DNA of 64,000 bases, from assembly GCA_963789515.1 (NCBI GenBank), contig CAWBKW010000003.1:75653-139652 (forward strand), in the 5' to 3' direction. The translations under genes and the position numbers were made by a program. Positions 49,326 through 60,337 of the stretch are shown piece after piece. Source of the DNA: an uncultured Coriobacteriia bacterium (GTDB taxonomy: Bacteria > Actinomycetota > Coriobacteriia > Anaerosomatales > JAAXUF01). How positions within the stretch are numbered: position 1 is the first letter of the stretch; each line of letters starts with the position of its first letter. The notes below the pieces were generated by a model. That model did no database searches. It was not told where the DNA came from and worked only from the letters and a program-made list of their open reading frames with translations.

Positions 49326-52144
49326 ATGAGACAGAGGGCAGCGCCTGCATGCGCGAGGAGGAGTCTCGGAGGCCCGGCTTCACGCCCGGCTAGCCGTCAG
49401 TCACGTGTCGGCGCGCTCCTCATCGCCGTCGCGCTCGGTCTCGCGGCGATGCTCGTGGCGCCCCCCACGCTTCGGGCCGCCGGGCCCAACGCGGTCCTGA
49501 CACCCACCGGCTACAACGCCAACACCATCGCGCGCGGGGACGACACGAGCAACCTGGTCGTCAACCTTCCCTTCACCATGAACTGGAACGGGACGACCTA
49601 CAACCAGATCTACATCAACATGAACGGCAACTGCACGTTCGGCAGCGGCTTCACCGACTACAACCCCACAACCACGCTGGCGGCCAGCAACGCAGAACAT
49701 CATGGCGCCGTTGTGGGCCGACGTGGACACGCGCAACACGGCCGCCGGCCAGGTCACCTACAGCAGCGACCACAGCCGGCAGCGTGCCGCAGGTCAACGG
49801 CCGTAACGCCTTCTTCGTGAACTGGATCGGGGTGGCCTCCTACAACAACCAGTCGACGCCCACCGACTCGTTCCAGCTGGTCATCGTGGACCGGTCGGAC
49901 ACCGGTGCCGGCAACTTCGACTTCATGTTCAACTACGACCAGGTCACGTGGGACATCGCCACGTCGGCGTCCACCATCCGGGCGCGCGCGGGGTGGGGTC
50001 GCGCGGGGACCGGCTTCGAGCTGCCGGGTTCAGGGACCGCGCAGGGGAGCGCGAGCGCGCTGACGGACACCGCGCCCTCGGCGACGTCGCTTATCCAGAA
50101 CAGCATGAACTCCGACCGGTCAGCTCGGGCGCTACCTCTGGCAGGTGCGCGCGGGGACCCCACCGAACATCCCGCCGAGGGTGACCGTGGTCAACCGCGT
50201 GCTCGAAGGGAATGCGCCCAACAGCTACACCGGATACACCGGCACCGGTGACGCCACGGCCACGGATCCCGACGGTACGGTGGCGAGCTTCACGAACGAC
50301 CGTCCGTCACCGCTCCCGCTCGGCACGACGAACGTGACGTGGACCGCCACCGACAACTCCGGTGCGGTCACAACCGCGACCCAGTCGATCCTCGTCACGG
50401 ACACGACGCCGCCGGCCAACCCGTCGCTCGACGAGTCCGAGCCACGTCACAGGTGTCTGGTCGTGCCGATAGCACGGTCACGGTGAACTCCGCCGGCGGC
50501 GACGCGACGTGTGCACGGGCGTTCGAGGCTTCTCATACGCATGGAGTCAGAACTCGCCGAGCACTCCGGACACGATCGCGGACCCCTCCGTCACGACGAC
50601 GACGACCACGACGACGACCACGACGACGGTGGACAGCCAGACCTTCCCGAACGCGACGTGGCCCGGCAGGCTGGACGCGCTCGGACGCCACCTACGTCAG
50701 GCTCACCAACGCCGCCGGACGGAACCACGGAACCTACGCCGCCGAGATGTGGGCGCAACAACACCACACGGCGCACCGTCAACTTCTACCGCGACTACGA
50801 CCTGACGGGCTTCACGAGCGCCGTCTCTGGACTTCTGGAACAACCTCTCGGCGTTCAGCACCGTTGCCGACTACGCTCGTGTCGAGTACTCCACGAACGG
50901 CGGGACCAGTTGGACGCAGCTCGCGAACTGGGCCGGCCCGTCGGCGGCGCGCCGGGTGGCAGGCGCGGAACTACGCGCTGCCCGTCGGCGGCACCGTGCG
51001 GGTCAGGTTCTCAGGCTCGGTGAACGCCACTACCGAGTACGCGGACTGGGACGACATCGCGGTCACTCGGCTTCACGACCACCGACGAGCATTGCGCTCA
51101 TCGACGAGCACGACGACCGCGACAGGCCGACGGGACGTGGTACTACAACCTTCGCACCGTCGACAACGCCGGGAACTGGTCGGCCCCGACCGCGATGGGT
51201 CCGTTCCTCATCGACACCACCGCCCCGGTCACCACCGACAACGTCCCCGCGGGCTGGAGCAGGAGCCCGGTCGCGGTCACCCTCATCCCCACCGACGCGG
51301 GCGTGATCGCGTACACCCAGTACGCCCTCAACGGGGCCGCATGGTCCACCTCTACGCCGGGCCTTTCACCGTGTCGACAGAGGGCACGTCCACGCTGCAG
51401 GTACCGCTCGGCCGACGCCGCCGGGCACGTCGAGGCGACCAAGACGGTCTCGGTGCGCGTCGACACCGCAGGCGCCCACGGTGCCGACCGCGGCTCGTCC
51501 CGAGCGCCATCAGCACGAGGTTCGATCGAGATCATCGTGGGACCCTTCGACCGATGGCGTCTCGGGGCTCGCGAACTACGCGGTCTACCGGGACGGCGCG
51601 CGCGTCGGCACGGCGACCGACACGTTCTACACGGACGACGGGCTGGTCCCCGGTGACACGTACACGTCTACGCGGTCAGCTGCCCTCGACGTCGCCGGCA
51701 ACGAGTCGGCACGAAGCGCGAGCGCGAGCGAGACGGTACCGTTCAGCTCGCTGTGGATCGCGCTGAGTCCCGCCGGTGTCGACATGGGGAACACCGATCC
51801 CGGCGCGCCAGTCGACGGTCGCGGACGCGACGTACGTGACGGTCGGCGGGGTCGGCAAGATCAAGTACGACCTCTCCTGCAGCGCGCAGGACTTCGTCGA
51901 ACATCGAACCCCGTCGCGACCATGAAGACGCTGCCTGCCGGCGCACTGAGCTTCTCGGCGAAGGGCTACGCCATCGTCCCGTGGCAGCCCTTCTCCACCG
52001 TCTCCCGCGCAGGTGAACTCGGCGACCGGAGGCAAGAACCGCTGGAGCCACGCGTACCTCTTCGACTACCGGTTCACCGTCCCGTGGACGTTCGAGGCGG
52101 GGACCTACACCACGACCGTCACCTACACGGCCGTCTCGAGCTAG
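49326..52144 (+). pseudogene. giant secreted surface protein: NIDO-like domain, HYR-like domain, poly-Thr linker, Fn3, and a C-terminal domain related to the small protein at 48635..49073; at least 10 frame switches
   Basis: NQIYINMNGNCTFG...NIMAPLWADVDTR (my translation) is NIDO-like. GTTNVTWTATDNSGAVTTATQSILVTDTTPP is HYR-like. SWDPSTDGVSGLANYAVYRDGARVGT...DVAGNES is Fn3-like. It ends [14 protein letters not shown]. It could be more than one gene. Confidence 0.6.
50593..50628 (+). repeat. trinucleotide repeat (ACG/ACC)x12 encoding a Thr12 linker
   Basis: acgacgacgacgaccacgacgacgaccacgacgacg, in frame in ORF 50509..50805 (VTTTTTTTTTTTTV). Confidence 0.9.
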
Positions 52145-52187
52145 GCACGGGCGTGACGCCGCGTGGACGGTCGCCCCGCTCCTCCGC

Positions 52188-53554
52188 TAGTTCTTCAGCG
52201 ACTGCAGCGGTGCCGGGAAGCGGCCGCCGCGGCGCGCGAAGACGGTGCCGGCCCACTGGTTGACCGCCATCACCGGCGCCTCGCCGAGCAGGCCGCCGAA
52301 GCTCAGCCGCTCGCCGACGTCCTTGCCGATGGCGGGGATGAGGCGCACGGCGGTGGTCTTGGCGTTGACGACGCCGATGGCGCACTCGTCGGCGATGATG
52401 CCGGCGATCGTCTCGGCGGTCGGTGTCGCCGGGGATGGCGATCATGTCGAGGCCGACCGAGCACACGCTCGTCATGGCCTCGAGCTTCTCGATGGAGAGC
52501 GCGCCGGACTCGGCGGCGAGGATCATGCCCTGGTCCTCGGAGACCGGGATGAAGGCGCCGGAGAGGCCGCCGATGCTCGAGGTGCCCATCGCGCCGCCCT
52601 TCTTGACGGCGTCGTTGAGCAGCGCGAGCGCGGCGGTGGTGCCGGGGCCGCCGCAGCGCTTGACGCCCATCGCCTCGATGATCTCGGCGACCGAGTCGCC
52701 CTCGGCGGGCGTGGGGGCAAGCGAGAGGTCGACGATGCCCATCGTGACGCCCGAGGCGCCTGGCGGCCTCGCGGGCGACGAGCTCGCCGACGCGGGTGAT
52801 CTTGAACGACGTCGCCTTGATGGCCTCGGCGATGGCGGTGAGGTCGGCGTCCTTGCGGCAGCGAGTCGACGATGGCGCGCACCACGCCGGGGCCGGAGAT
52901 GCCGACGTTGATGACCTCGTCGGGCTCGCCGGTCCCGTGGACGGCGCCGGCCATGAACGGGTTGTCCTCGACCATGTTCGCGAAGACGACGAGCTTGGCG
53001 CAGCCGATGCAGTCGCGCTCGGCGGTGAGCTCGGCGGTGCGCCGGATGGTGTGCGCCATGTCGAGCACGGCGTCCATGTTGATGCCGGCGCGGGTGGTGG
53101 CGACGTTGACCGAGGCGCAGACGCGCTCGGTGGCGGCGAGCGCCTCGGGGATCGAGGCGATGAGGCGGCGGTCGCCGTCGCCGGTGCCCTTGTGCACGAG
53201 CGCCGAGAAGCCGCCGATGAAGTCGACGCCCACCTCGTGCGCCGCGCGGTCGAGCGCCAGGGCGAGCGCGGTGACGTCCTCGGCGCCGGTGGCCGCGGCG
53301 AGCTGCGCGATCGGGGTGACCGAGATGCGCTTGTTGACGATGGGGATGCCGTACTCGCGCTCGATCTGCTCGGCGACGGGCACGAGCCGCTCGGCGGCGC
53401 GGGTGACGCGCTCGTAGACGCGGGCGGCCATGACGTCGACGTCGGAGTCGGCGCAGCGCGCGAGCGACAGGCCGAGGGTGACGGTGCGCACGTCGAGGTT
53501 CTGCTGGGTGACCATCGTGAGTGTCTCGACGACCTCTTCTGGGGTGATGTGCAC
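52188..53554 (-). pseudogene. UPF0210 / DUF711 (PFL-like) family protein; about 3 frame switches
   Basis: [31 protein letters not shown]...ISVTPIA. Continues through ORF 52119..52742 ([25 protein letters not shown]...[16 protein letters not shown]). Confidence 0.8.
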
Positions 53555-53618
53555 GGGGAAGCCTCCTGGGCGGCGGGGATGTCGGGCGTGGCTGGTCGGG
53601 TCGCGGCGCTCGGCGGGC

Positions 53619-53894
53619 CTAGATGCGGTGCATGAAGCGGAAGACGTCTTCGCGCTGCAGCGTGATCTGAAGCCCCATCTTCTCGCCGATGTCGGCGAGG
53701 CGCTTCTGGACCACGTCGAAGGGGGTGGCGTCTTCGTCGACGGTGACCAGCATCGTCATCGAGAAGATGCCGCCGATGATCGTCTGGCGGATGTCTTCGA
53801 TGTTGGCGTGCGACTCGGCGAGCGCGCCGGAGACGTTGGCCACGATGCCGACGCAGTCCTCACCCAGGACCGAGAGAATCGCGGGAGTCTGCAT
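53619..53894 (-). CDS. ACT-domain protein (UPF0237 family), the usual partner of UPF0210
   Basis: MQTPAILSVLGEDCVGIVANVSGALAESHANIEDIRQTIIGGIFSMTMLV. Confidence 0.8.
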   Translation of the reverse strand: MQTPAILSVLGEDCVGIVANVSGALAESHANIEDIRQTIIGGIFSMTMLVTVDEDATPFDVVQKRLADIGEKMGLQITLQREDVFRFMHRI

Positions 53895-54052
53895 GATCGT
53901 CCTTCCAGAGTCGGGCGGCTGGCCCGGTTGCCGGTGTCGCATCTGGCGCCGCTGACACGGGCGCTATACTCCCTTATACCGCACGAACGGCAGCGCCGAG
54001 ACGATTCGGCCGCAGCCGGTCCGAGATCCGAGCGCGACAGGAGTGCCCGAGC

Positions 54053-54263
54053 ATGGCCGTCCCCATCACCCCCGTGAAGCCTCGGCGACGTCGTCAAGCT
54101 CAAGAAGCCGCACCCCTGCGGCGTCAACGAGTGGGAGATCGTGCGGGTCGGCGCCGACATCGGGCTGCGCTGCAGGGGATGCGACCGCCGCGTCATGCTG
54201 GTCCGCTCCGAGTTCGACCGGCGGTTCCGCGGCTTCCTGGACCGGCCGGCGGACGAGAGCTAG
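54053..54263 (+). pseudogene. DUF951-family small protein; one frame switch near 54085
   Basis: My translation is [48 protein letters not shown]. Confidence 0.7.
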
Positions 54264-55392
54264 TTGCCGACCTCCGGTCGTGCTGTGGGCGGCTCCTCGG
54301 GCTCCACCGCGCCGACGAGTCCCTTGTAGCCCTGGTAGTCGGCGTTGTTGACCTGCAGGTGGACGTGGTCGCCGCCGCCCTTGACGTACTGGGCGAGCTG
54401 GTCGGTGAACTTGTCCGAGAGCTTGCGCACGTGCGCCACGGGCGTCACGCCGGCGATCACGCGCTGGCCCGGCTTCACCTCGAGGTCGGCGAGGTGGATC
54501 ATCACGATGTCGAGGTTGTCGTAGCCGTCCGGCACGATGTGCATCTCGTAGTCGGGCCACTTGCCGTAGAGCTTGTAGGACTTGATCTTGACCACCGTGC
54601 CGGTGACCGGTGAGATGACGGTCGTTCCGGGCTTCGCGCCCACGTCGGCCGCGGTGTCGGGCTTGCCCGGGCGGGCGCGCCACATCCGCAGCACCTTGCC
54701 GACCAGCACCGCATCGGCCCCGGTGGGCTGTCGGCTGGTGTCTCGGCTGGTTCCGCGGTGCGCGTTGGACTCGGAGGCCTTGGCGTCCTTGAGCGGGGTC
54801 TTCATCCGCAGCGCCCAGGCGTAGGACGCCTGGTGGAAGCCGATCTCGGTGAGCTTGGTGACGGGAACCGGCAGGTGCAGCTTGAGCCGGCCGTACGACG
54901 CGAAGATCGGCGTCGGGTTGGGTGGCTTCGTGCTCGCGCGGAACATGTCGCCCAGCTTGGAGGCTTGCGCGTGCGCGGCGGCGGGCGCGTTGGCCGCCGA
55001 TGAGGACGAGCTCGCGTCGAGCGGAAGCGATGCCGCGCGGCGGTCCGAGGCGAGCGCCAGCCCGAGACGGCGAGCAGAAGTGCGACGGCGGCCGCCACGA
55101 CGATGCCGATGTTGCGCCGACGGTTCCGGGTGCGGGCGCGCTCGGCTCGCGCGGCGCGGCCCTCGACCGCGAGTCCCGTGTCGCGGACCCGGATGCGGGA
55201 GCGGCCGTCGGCCGAGGTCGAGGCGTCCGGTCGCGCGGAGCGGCCGCCGCCGCCTCCGGAGCCTGCGGAGTCCTCGGTCATCTCGTCGATGAGCGGGTGC
55301 TCGTGGCCGGGGTAGCGGACCGTCTCGGTCCGGATGACCCGGATCTCGCCGTCGCGTCGGCGGCCCGTGCGGGGGCGCTGGTGGGGGCGCAT
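54260..55392 (-). pseudogene. membrane-anchored M23/LytM-like domain protein (possibly degenerate); one frame switch near 55060
   Basis: The N-terminal cytoplasmic region and TM helix NIGIVVAAAVALLLAVSG are in ORF 54802..55791. The C-terminus is VISPVTGTVVKIK...IVMIHLADLEVKPGQRV...GGDHVHLQV. Confidence 0.6.
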
Positions 55393-55575
55393 CACGCGCG
55401 ATACCAGCCGCGCGGAGGCGAGGACGGGCAGCGCTGCGCGGGGGCCCTGCAGATCGTTGTAGTCAGCATGAAGGCAAACAAACCCGTCCACTGTTCGATG
55501 ACACAGCCACATAAGTATACTCGGCGTTGACGGCCTCCGCCGTCCATATGAACACCTAGGGGAGAAACGAAGCGC

Positions 55576-55764
55576 ATGAGAGCCCGCCGATTCGCAAGCC
55601 GCCTGAGCCTGCTCGCGTGCACCCTCCTTGCCTCGGCCTCGCTCCTCACCGTCACCGGCTGCAAGATGCCCCCGGCGCTCAGCAAGGCCGAGCTCGAGGC
55701 GGCCATAGCTACCCGAGAAGCACCCGACCGTCTCCGCCGAGAAGACGAAGGCCGGGTGCGGTAG
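55576..55764 (+). CDS. small putative lipoprotein (62 aa; may be truncated)
   Basis: MRARRFASRLSLLACTLLASASLLTVTGC lipobox. Confidence 0.4.
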   Translation: MRARRFASRLSLLACTLLASASLLTVTGCKMPPALSKAELEAAIATREAPDRLRREDEGRVR

Positions 55765-55853
55765 CTGCCACCGCGAGGCACCGGCCGTCAAGAACGTGAG
55801 CGACTAGGTCGCGAACCTGCGGAGCGACGCCGCCGCACAGCCGCATGTTTCGC

Positions 55854-57198
55854 CTACGACGTCTGCCCGGTGAACGAGAACTTGGCGAGCAGCACGCCGG
55901 GCACGTAGCACGCGCCCTCCTCGGTGCCGACGAACTTGCGCGCGGAGGTGGCGCCTTCGCAGCCGGCGAGCGCCTCGACCGCGCCCTGCGTGAAGCGCAG
56001 GTTCTTGAGCGGCTTCGTCAAGCTGGCCGTCCTCGATCAGGAACGTCCCGTCGCGCGTCATGCCGGTGAGCAGGACGCTGATGGGGTCCTCGACGTTGAC
56101 GTAGTGGAAGCGCGTCACGTACACGCCGCGATGCACGCTGCCGATGAGCTCGTCCATCGTCGCCTCGCCGGGTTCCATCGCCACGTTGAGCGGCATCGGG
56201 CCGAAGGCGTTGGGCGCCGGCAGCGCGTGGCCGGTGTTGGCTCGGCCGGTCTTGGCCGCCCAGTACGAGTCGGTGACCGGCGCGTTCGCGCACGCCGCGG
56301 TCGATCATCGCGACCCGCTGCTTGGGCTGGCCCTCGTAGTCGAAGGTAAGCCCCATCGCGAAGTCGGCGAGCGCATCGTCGACGATCGAGACTCGCTCGT
56401 TCATGACCGGCTCGCCCAGGTGCCCGCTCATGAACGAGCGGCCCTCGGCGAAGGCCTTGGCCGAGAAGCCCACGTAGGCCAGGAAGTCCATGATGTCGGC
56501 GACCGCCTCGGGTGCGAGCACCACCTGGTAGTCGCCGGGGTCGAGCGCCTGCGGGTTCGCCGAGCGAAGCGCGAGTTCGGCCGCCTCGGCGCCGAGCGCC
56601 GCCGGATCGAGCTTGCTCGCGTCGGCGTCGAGGAACGACGCCCAGCCGCTGCCCGTCGTCCGCGCCCATCGACAGCACCGTGGCCTGCGCGCCGGTGATC
56701 GAGCGAGCCGACGTCGACGCCGAGCGAGTTGGCGACGGCGACGGTGTGCTCGGCGCTCCGCACCTTGCCCGCGGCCGTCAGCCCGCGGCCGGCGGACTCG
56801 GCGACGATCGCCCCGACCGCGGCCGCGCGCGCCTCGGCGTCGAACTCGCGGGTCGCCTGCAGCGCGCGCTCGGCGTCCGCGACGGGCGCGGGTCCGGGCA
56901 GCCCCGGGAACGACGGGTCCTCGGGCGCCACGCCGGCTGCGCGGACGGCGGCGTCACAGGTCGCCTGCAGCGAGGCGGCGTCGAGGCGGTTGGTGCTCGC
57001 GACGCCCACGCGCTTGCCGAGCACGGCGCGCACGCTGACGATCACGTTCTCCTCGGCGACGTTCTGGTTGATGCGGTTGTTGGCGAAGCGCGTCAGCGCG
57101 CTGGAGTCGGCGCCGACGAGCACTTCGGCCTGGTCGGCGGCGGTCATCGCGACGGTGGCGCGGGCGAGCTCGCGTGCCTCGCGGGGTGTCATCAGCAT
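55854..57198 (-). pseudogene. pmbA: PmbA/TldE-family metalloprotease subunit; about 4-5 frame switches
   Basis: TRFANNRINQNV, VGVASTN, PEAVADIMDFL, FDYEGQPKQRV, VTRFHYVNVEDP (ORFs 56428.., 56018.., 55804..). Confidence 0.8.
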
Positions 57199-57199
57199 G

Positions 57200-58649
57200 T
57201 CAGCGTCCCACCCCGACCTGCACGCCCCGGAAGCGGGCGGGAGCGGCGCCGTGCGCCACGTGAGCGACCTGCATCGGCTCTCCCTTGCCGCAGTTGTTCA
57301 GCCCCCAGACCTGCCAGTGCGTCTCGCGAGCAGATCGCGTCGCAGCGAGTTCCAGAACTGAGGCGTGATGCCGGTGTAGTTGGGGCTCTTGACCATGCGT
57401 CCCAGCTCGCCGTTCTCGATCTCCCAGCCGATCTCGGTGGCGAACTGGAAGTTGAGGCGCTTGTCGTCGATCGACCAGGAGTTGTTGGTCTCGATGTAGA
57501 GGCCGCCCTCGGTGTCGGCGATCAGGTCGTCGAAGTCCCAGGTGCCCGGGCTCGAGCGAGACGGTGGTCATGCGCACGAGCGGGATGCGGTTCCAGCCGT
57601 CGGCGCGCATGCAGCCGTTGCTCGCGCGGCCGACGACGGGCGCGGTCTCGCGCGAGCTCTGGAAGCCGGCGAGGACGCCGTCGCGCACCAGGTAGTCGCG
57701 CTGCGCCGGCACGCCCTCGTCGTCCCACCCGAAGCTGCCGAGCGACCCGGGCACGGTGGAGTCGCTCGTCACGGTGACGATCGGCGAGCCGTACTGCAGC
57801 GAGCCGACGTCCTCGAGCCGCAGGAACGACGTTCCCGCGAACGCCGCCTCCTCGCCGAGCACGCGGTCGAGCTCGGTGGGGTGGCCGATGGACTCGTGCA
57901 CCTGCAGCGCCATCTGGCCGCCGTCGATGATGAGGTCGCGCGTGCCCGGCTCCACGAACGGCGCCGAGAGCAGCGCTGCGGCCTGCTCGGCGACGCGCGG
58001 TGCGTTGCCGACGAAGATCGAGGCCGAGGACGTACTCCCAGCCCGCCTGCGACGAGCCGCCGCCGTGCGAGTTGGGGTAGGAGCGCGAGAGGACCTCGCC
58101 GTCGGCGATGGCGTAGGCGACGATGCCGGCGCCGGACTCCACGACGGACTGCTCGGTGAGGGCGCCCGTCCGTCGAGCCGAACCACTTGCGCTCGCGGAA
58201 GAAGTCGAGGTGCGCCTTGGTGACGGCGACCTCCGGCTGCGCTCGCAGCGCCTCGTCGGCGGCGATGAGCAGCGCCGAGCTTGTCTTCGAGCGAGACGGC
58301 GAACGGGTCGATCGCGCAGGTCGACGACCAGGTGCCGCGCGCGGGCTCGACCGGCGCGAGCACCACCGGGGCGGCGACGACGCGCGCGGATGCGCGCGCG
58401 ATGGCCACCGCCTGCCGAGCGACCCGAACGGCCGCATCGGCGGTGACCTCGCGCGAGGACGCGAATCCCCATGCGCCGTCGGCGATGGCGCGCACGCCGA
58501 GTGCCGAAGCTGTCAGAGCGCTCGACCGCCTCGACGACGCCGGAGGCGACCTGGATGGCCTCGCGCGAGGTGTCGACGACGCGCACGTCGGCGTAGGACG
58601 CGCCGGCGAGCGTCGCCGCGTTCAGGGCAGCGGAGATGATGTCGTTCAA
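57200..58649 (-). pseudogene. tldD: TldD-family metalloprotease; about 5-6 frame switches
   Basis: ASYADVRV, VHESIGHPTELDRV (HExxxH), GSFGWDDEGVPAQRDYLVRDGVL, NGCMRADGW, GLNNCGKG. TTG start is preceded by GGGAGG. Confidence 0.8.
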
Positions 58650-58755
58650 GGGGTGACCCTCCCGGGTGATCGGACGGGTTCGTCGCGGCGGGCGCGCGGA
58701 ACACAGCACGTGAATCTTACCGCTCATTGTCGCGGGCAAGACAGGGCCCGCACAG

Positions 58756-58779
58756 AACAAAAGCCCCGCCAGGCGGAGC
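58756..58779 (-). terminator. intrinsic terminator after the NlpC/P60 gene (minus strand)
   Basis: Minus-strand gctccgc-ctg-gcggggc followed by TTTTGTT. Confidence 0.55.
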
Positions 58780-58810
58780 TTTCGATGGATCGAGCAGTCC
58801 GCACGTCGCG

Positions 58811-60106
58811 CTACGTGGACCTTGCGTGAGCGCCTTGTCGGTCGTGGTCACGGCCTTGAGCGGAGGGCCGACGCGGTACGCCCACGGGTAGCGACGGGCA
58901 CCCGCGAAGTCGCTGCGCGTCGGCGAGCTTGGTGATCTTGACGAAGTCACCGGTGCGCGGTGCGTGCAGGAAGTAGCCGCCGCCGATGTACATGCCCACG
59001 TGGTGGATCGGGCTGCCGAAGAACACGACGTCGCCGGGCGCCAGGTCCGCATAGGCGACCTTCTCGCCGAGCAGGAACTGCGAACCCGAGTAGTGAGGCA
59101 GGGTGTACGCCGTGCTGCTTGTAGACGTAGAGCATCAGGCCGGAGCAGTCGAAGCCGCTCGGCGAGGCGCCTGCCCACAGGTAGGGGACGCCGTGGTAGG
59201 CGAGCGCGGTCTCGACGGGCGAACCCGGCTCGACGACGATGCCGGCCTTGCTCGCGCCCGACAGCACGTCGGCGAAGCAGCGCGGACTCGTCGGCCGAGC
59301 GACGGCCGGCTTCCTTGTCGAGCAGCGTGAGGAGGTCCCTCTGCGCCGCGTTCATCATCTTCTGACGCTCTTCGATGCGGAGCGTGACCTCGATCGGCGG
59401 GCCTTCATCTCGAACTCGAGCGCCTCCGCCTGGATCTTGGAGTTCTGCAAGTCGGCGACCTGCTGCTCCATGCGGTCCTTCTGGGCCTTGAGCGAGGACG
59501 GCCACGTCGGCATCCGCGAGGCCGATGGTGTTGAGGAACTTCACGCGAGCCACGAAGTCGGACATCGACTTGGAGTCGAGCAGCACCTCGAAGCGTGCCC
59601 ATGTCGCCGTCGCGGTAGTTCGACGCGGCGCGCTGGGACAGGATCGAGGACTGGAGGTCGTAGGCCTGACGGGCGTTCTCGAGGTCGGTCTGGGCGACCT
59701 GGACCTCGTTCTGCATCTCAGCGAGCCGGTCCGCAGCGCCGTTGTACTCCTGCGATGCGATCTCGAGCTCGCGGTCGAGCGCGTCGAGCTGGGCGTTGAA
59801 CTCGTCGACGCGCTTCTGCTTCTCGGCCAGCGCGGCGCGGAATGCCTCGGTCTGCTGGGTGACCGGCGTCTGGATGGCCGAGTTGGTGTCGGCGGGCGCG
59901 CGGTTGGTCGTGGTCTTGGCCGCGGGTGCGGGCGCCGACGGCTTGACCGGAGTCACGGGAGTTACCGGCGTGACGGGGGCCGGGGTGGGCGTCGTCGTCG
60001 TGGAGACGTTCTCACCGAAAGCAGGCACAGCCGACAGCAACATCGCCGCAGCGACAGCGAGGGTGCCCGCCTGCCGCATATGACGTGCCGTCGAGCCTGA
60101 GATCAT
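58811..60106 (-). pseudogene. NlpC/P60-family peptidoglycan hydrolase with an N-terminal coiled coil (RipA/CwlO/PcsB-like layout); at least 5 frame switches; 3' end uncertain
   Basis: [54 protein letters not shown]. The coiled coil is in ORF 59405..60121. GGAAGG lies 8 nt upstream of ATG 60106. Confidence 0.8.
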
Positions 60107-60337
60107 TGCCCTGCCTTCCACACAACGGGCGACGAGAGAGCGCGCAACAACAAGCGAACTTCGCCGCCAGACGAGTCCATCGCGAACTATACCCTTAAAT
60201 CGCAGGTCGCGCCACCTTTTGCGTCCCCACGAAGGTATCCGAACCGGTCATACGCCGACGTAAGTGCAAACACGGTGCCGAAGCAGGCCAAAGAGGCCGA
60301 CTTCACAAGAAGAACTCGAGTTCAGGGTGATCGACGC

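Noticed and set aside
54260-54263. Convergent genes DUF951 (+) and M23-like (-) share their stop codons within a CTAG palindrome.
   Set aside because: This is real in the sequence but probably coincidental. No functional claim is warranted.
60107-60337. A c-di-AMP (ydaO-type) riboswitch upstream of the NlpC/P60 gene; the region upstream of the yabE-like gene (34173..34381) was also checked.
   Set aside because: These riboswitches are known upstream of actinobacterial wall hydrolase genes. I could not find the conserved GGGGUGAAUC or ACAGCUAAC-type elements on the relevant strand. Only an Rfam scan could settle this.
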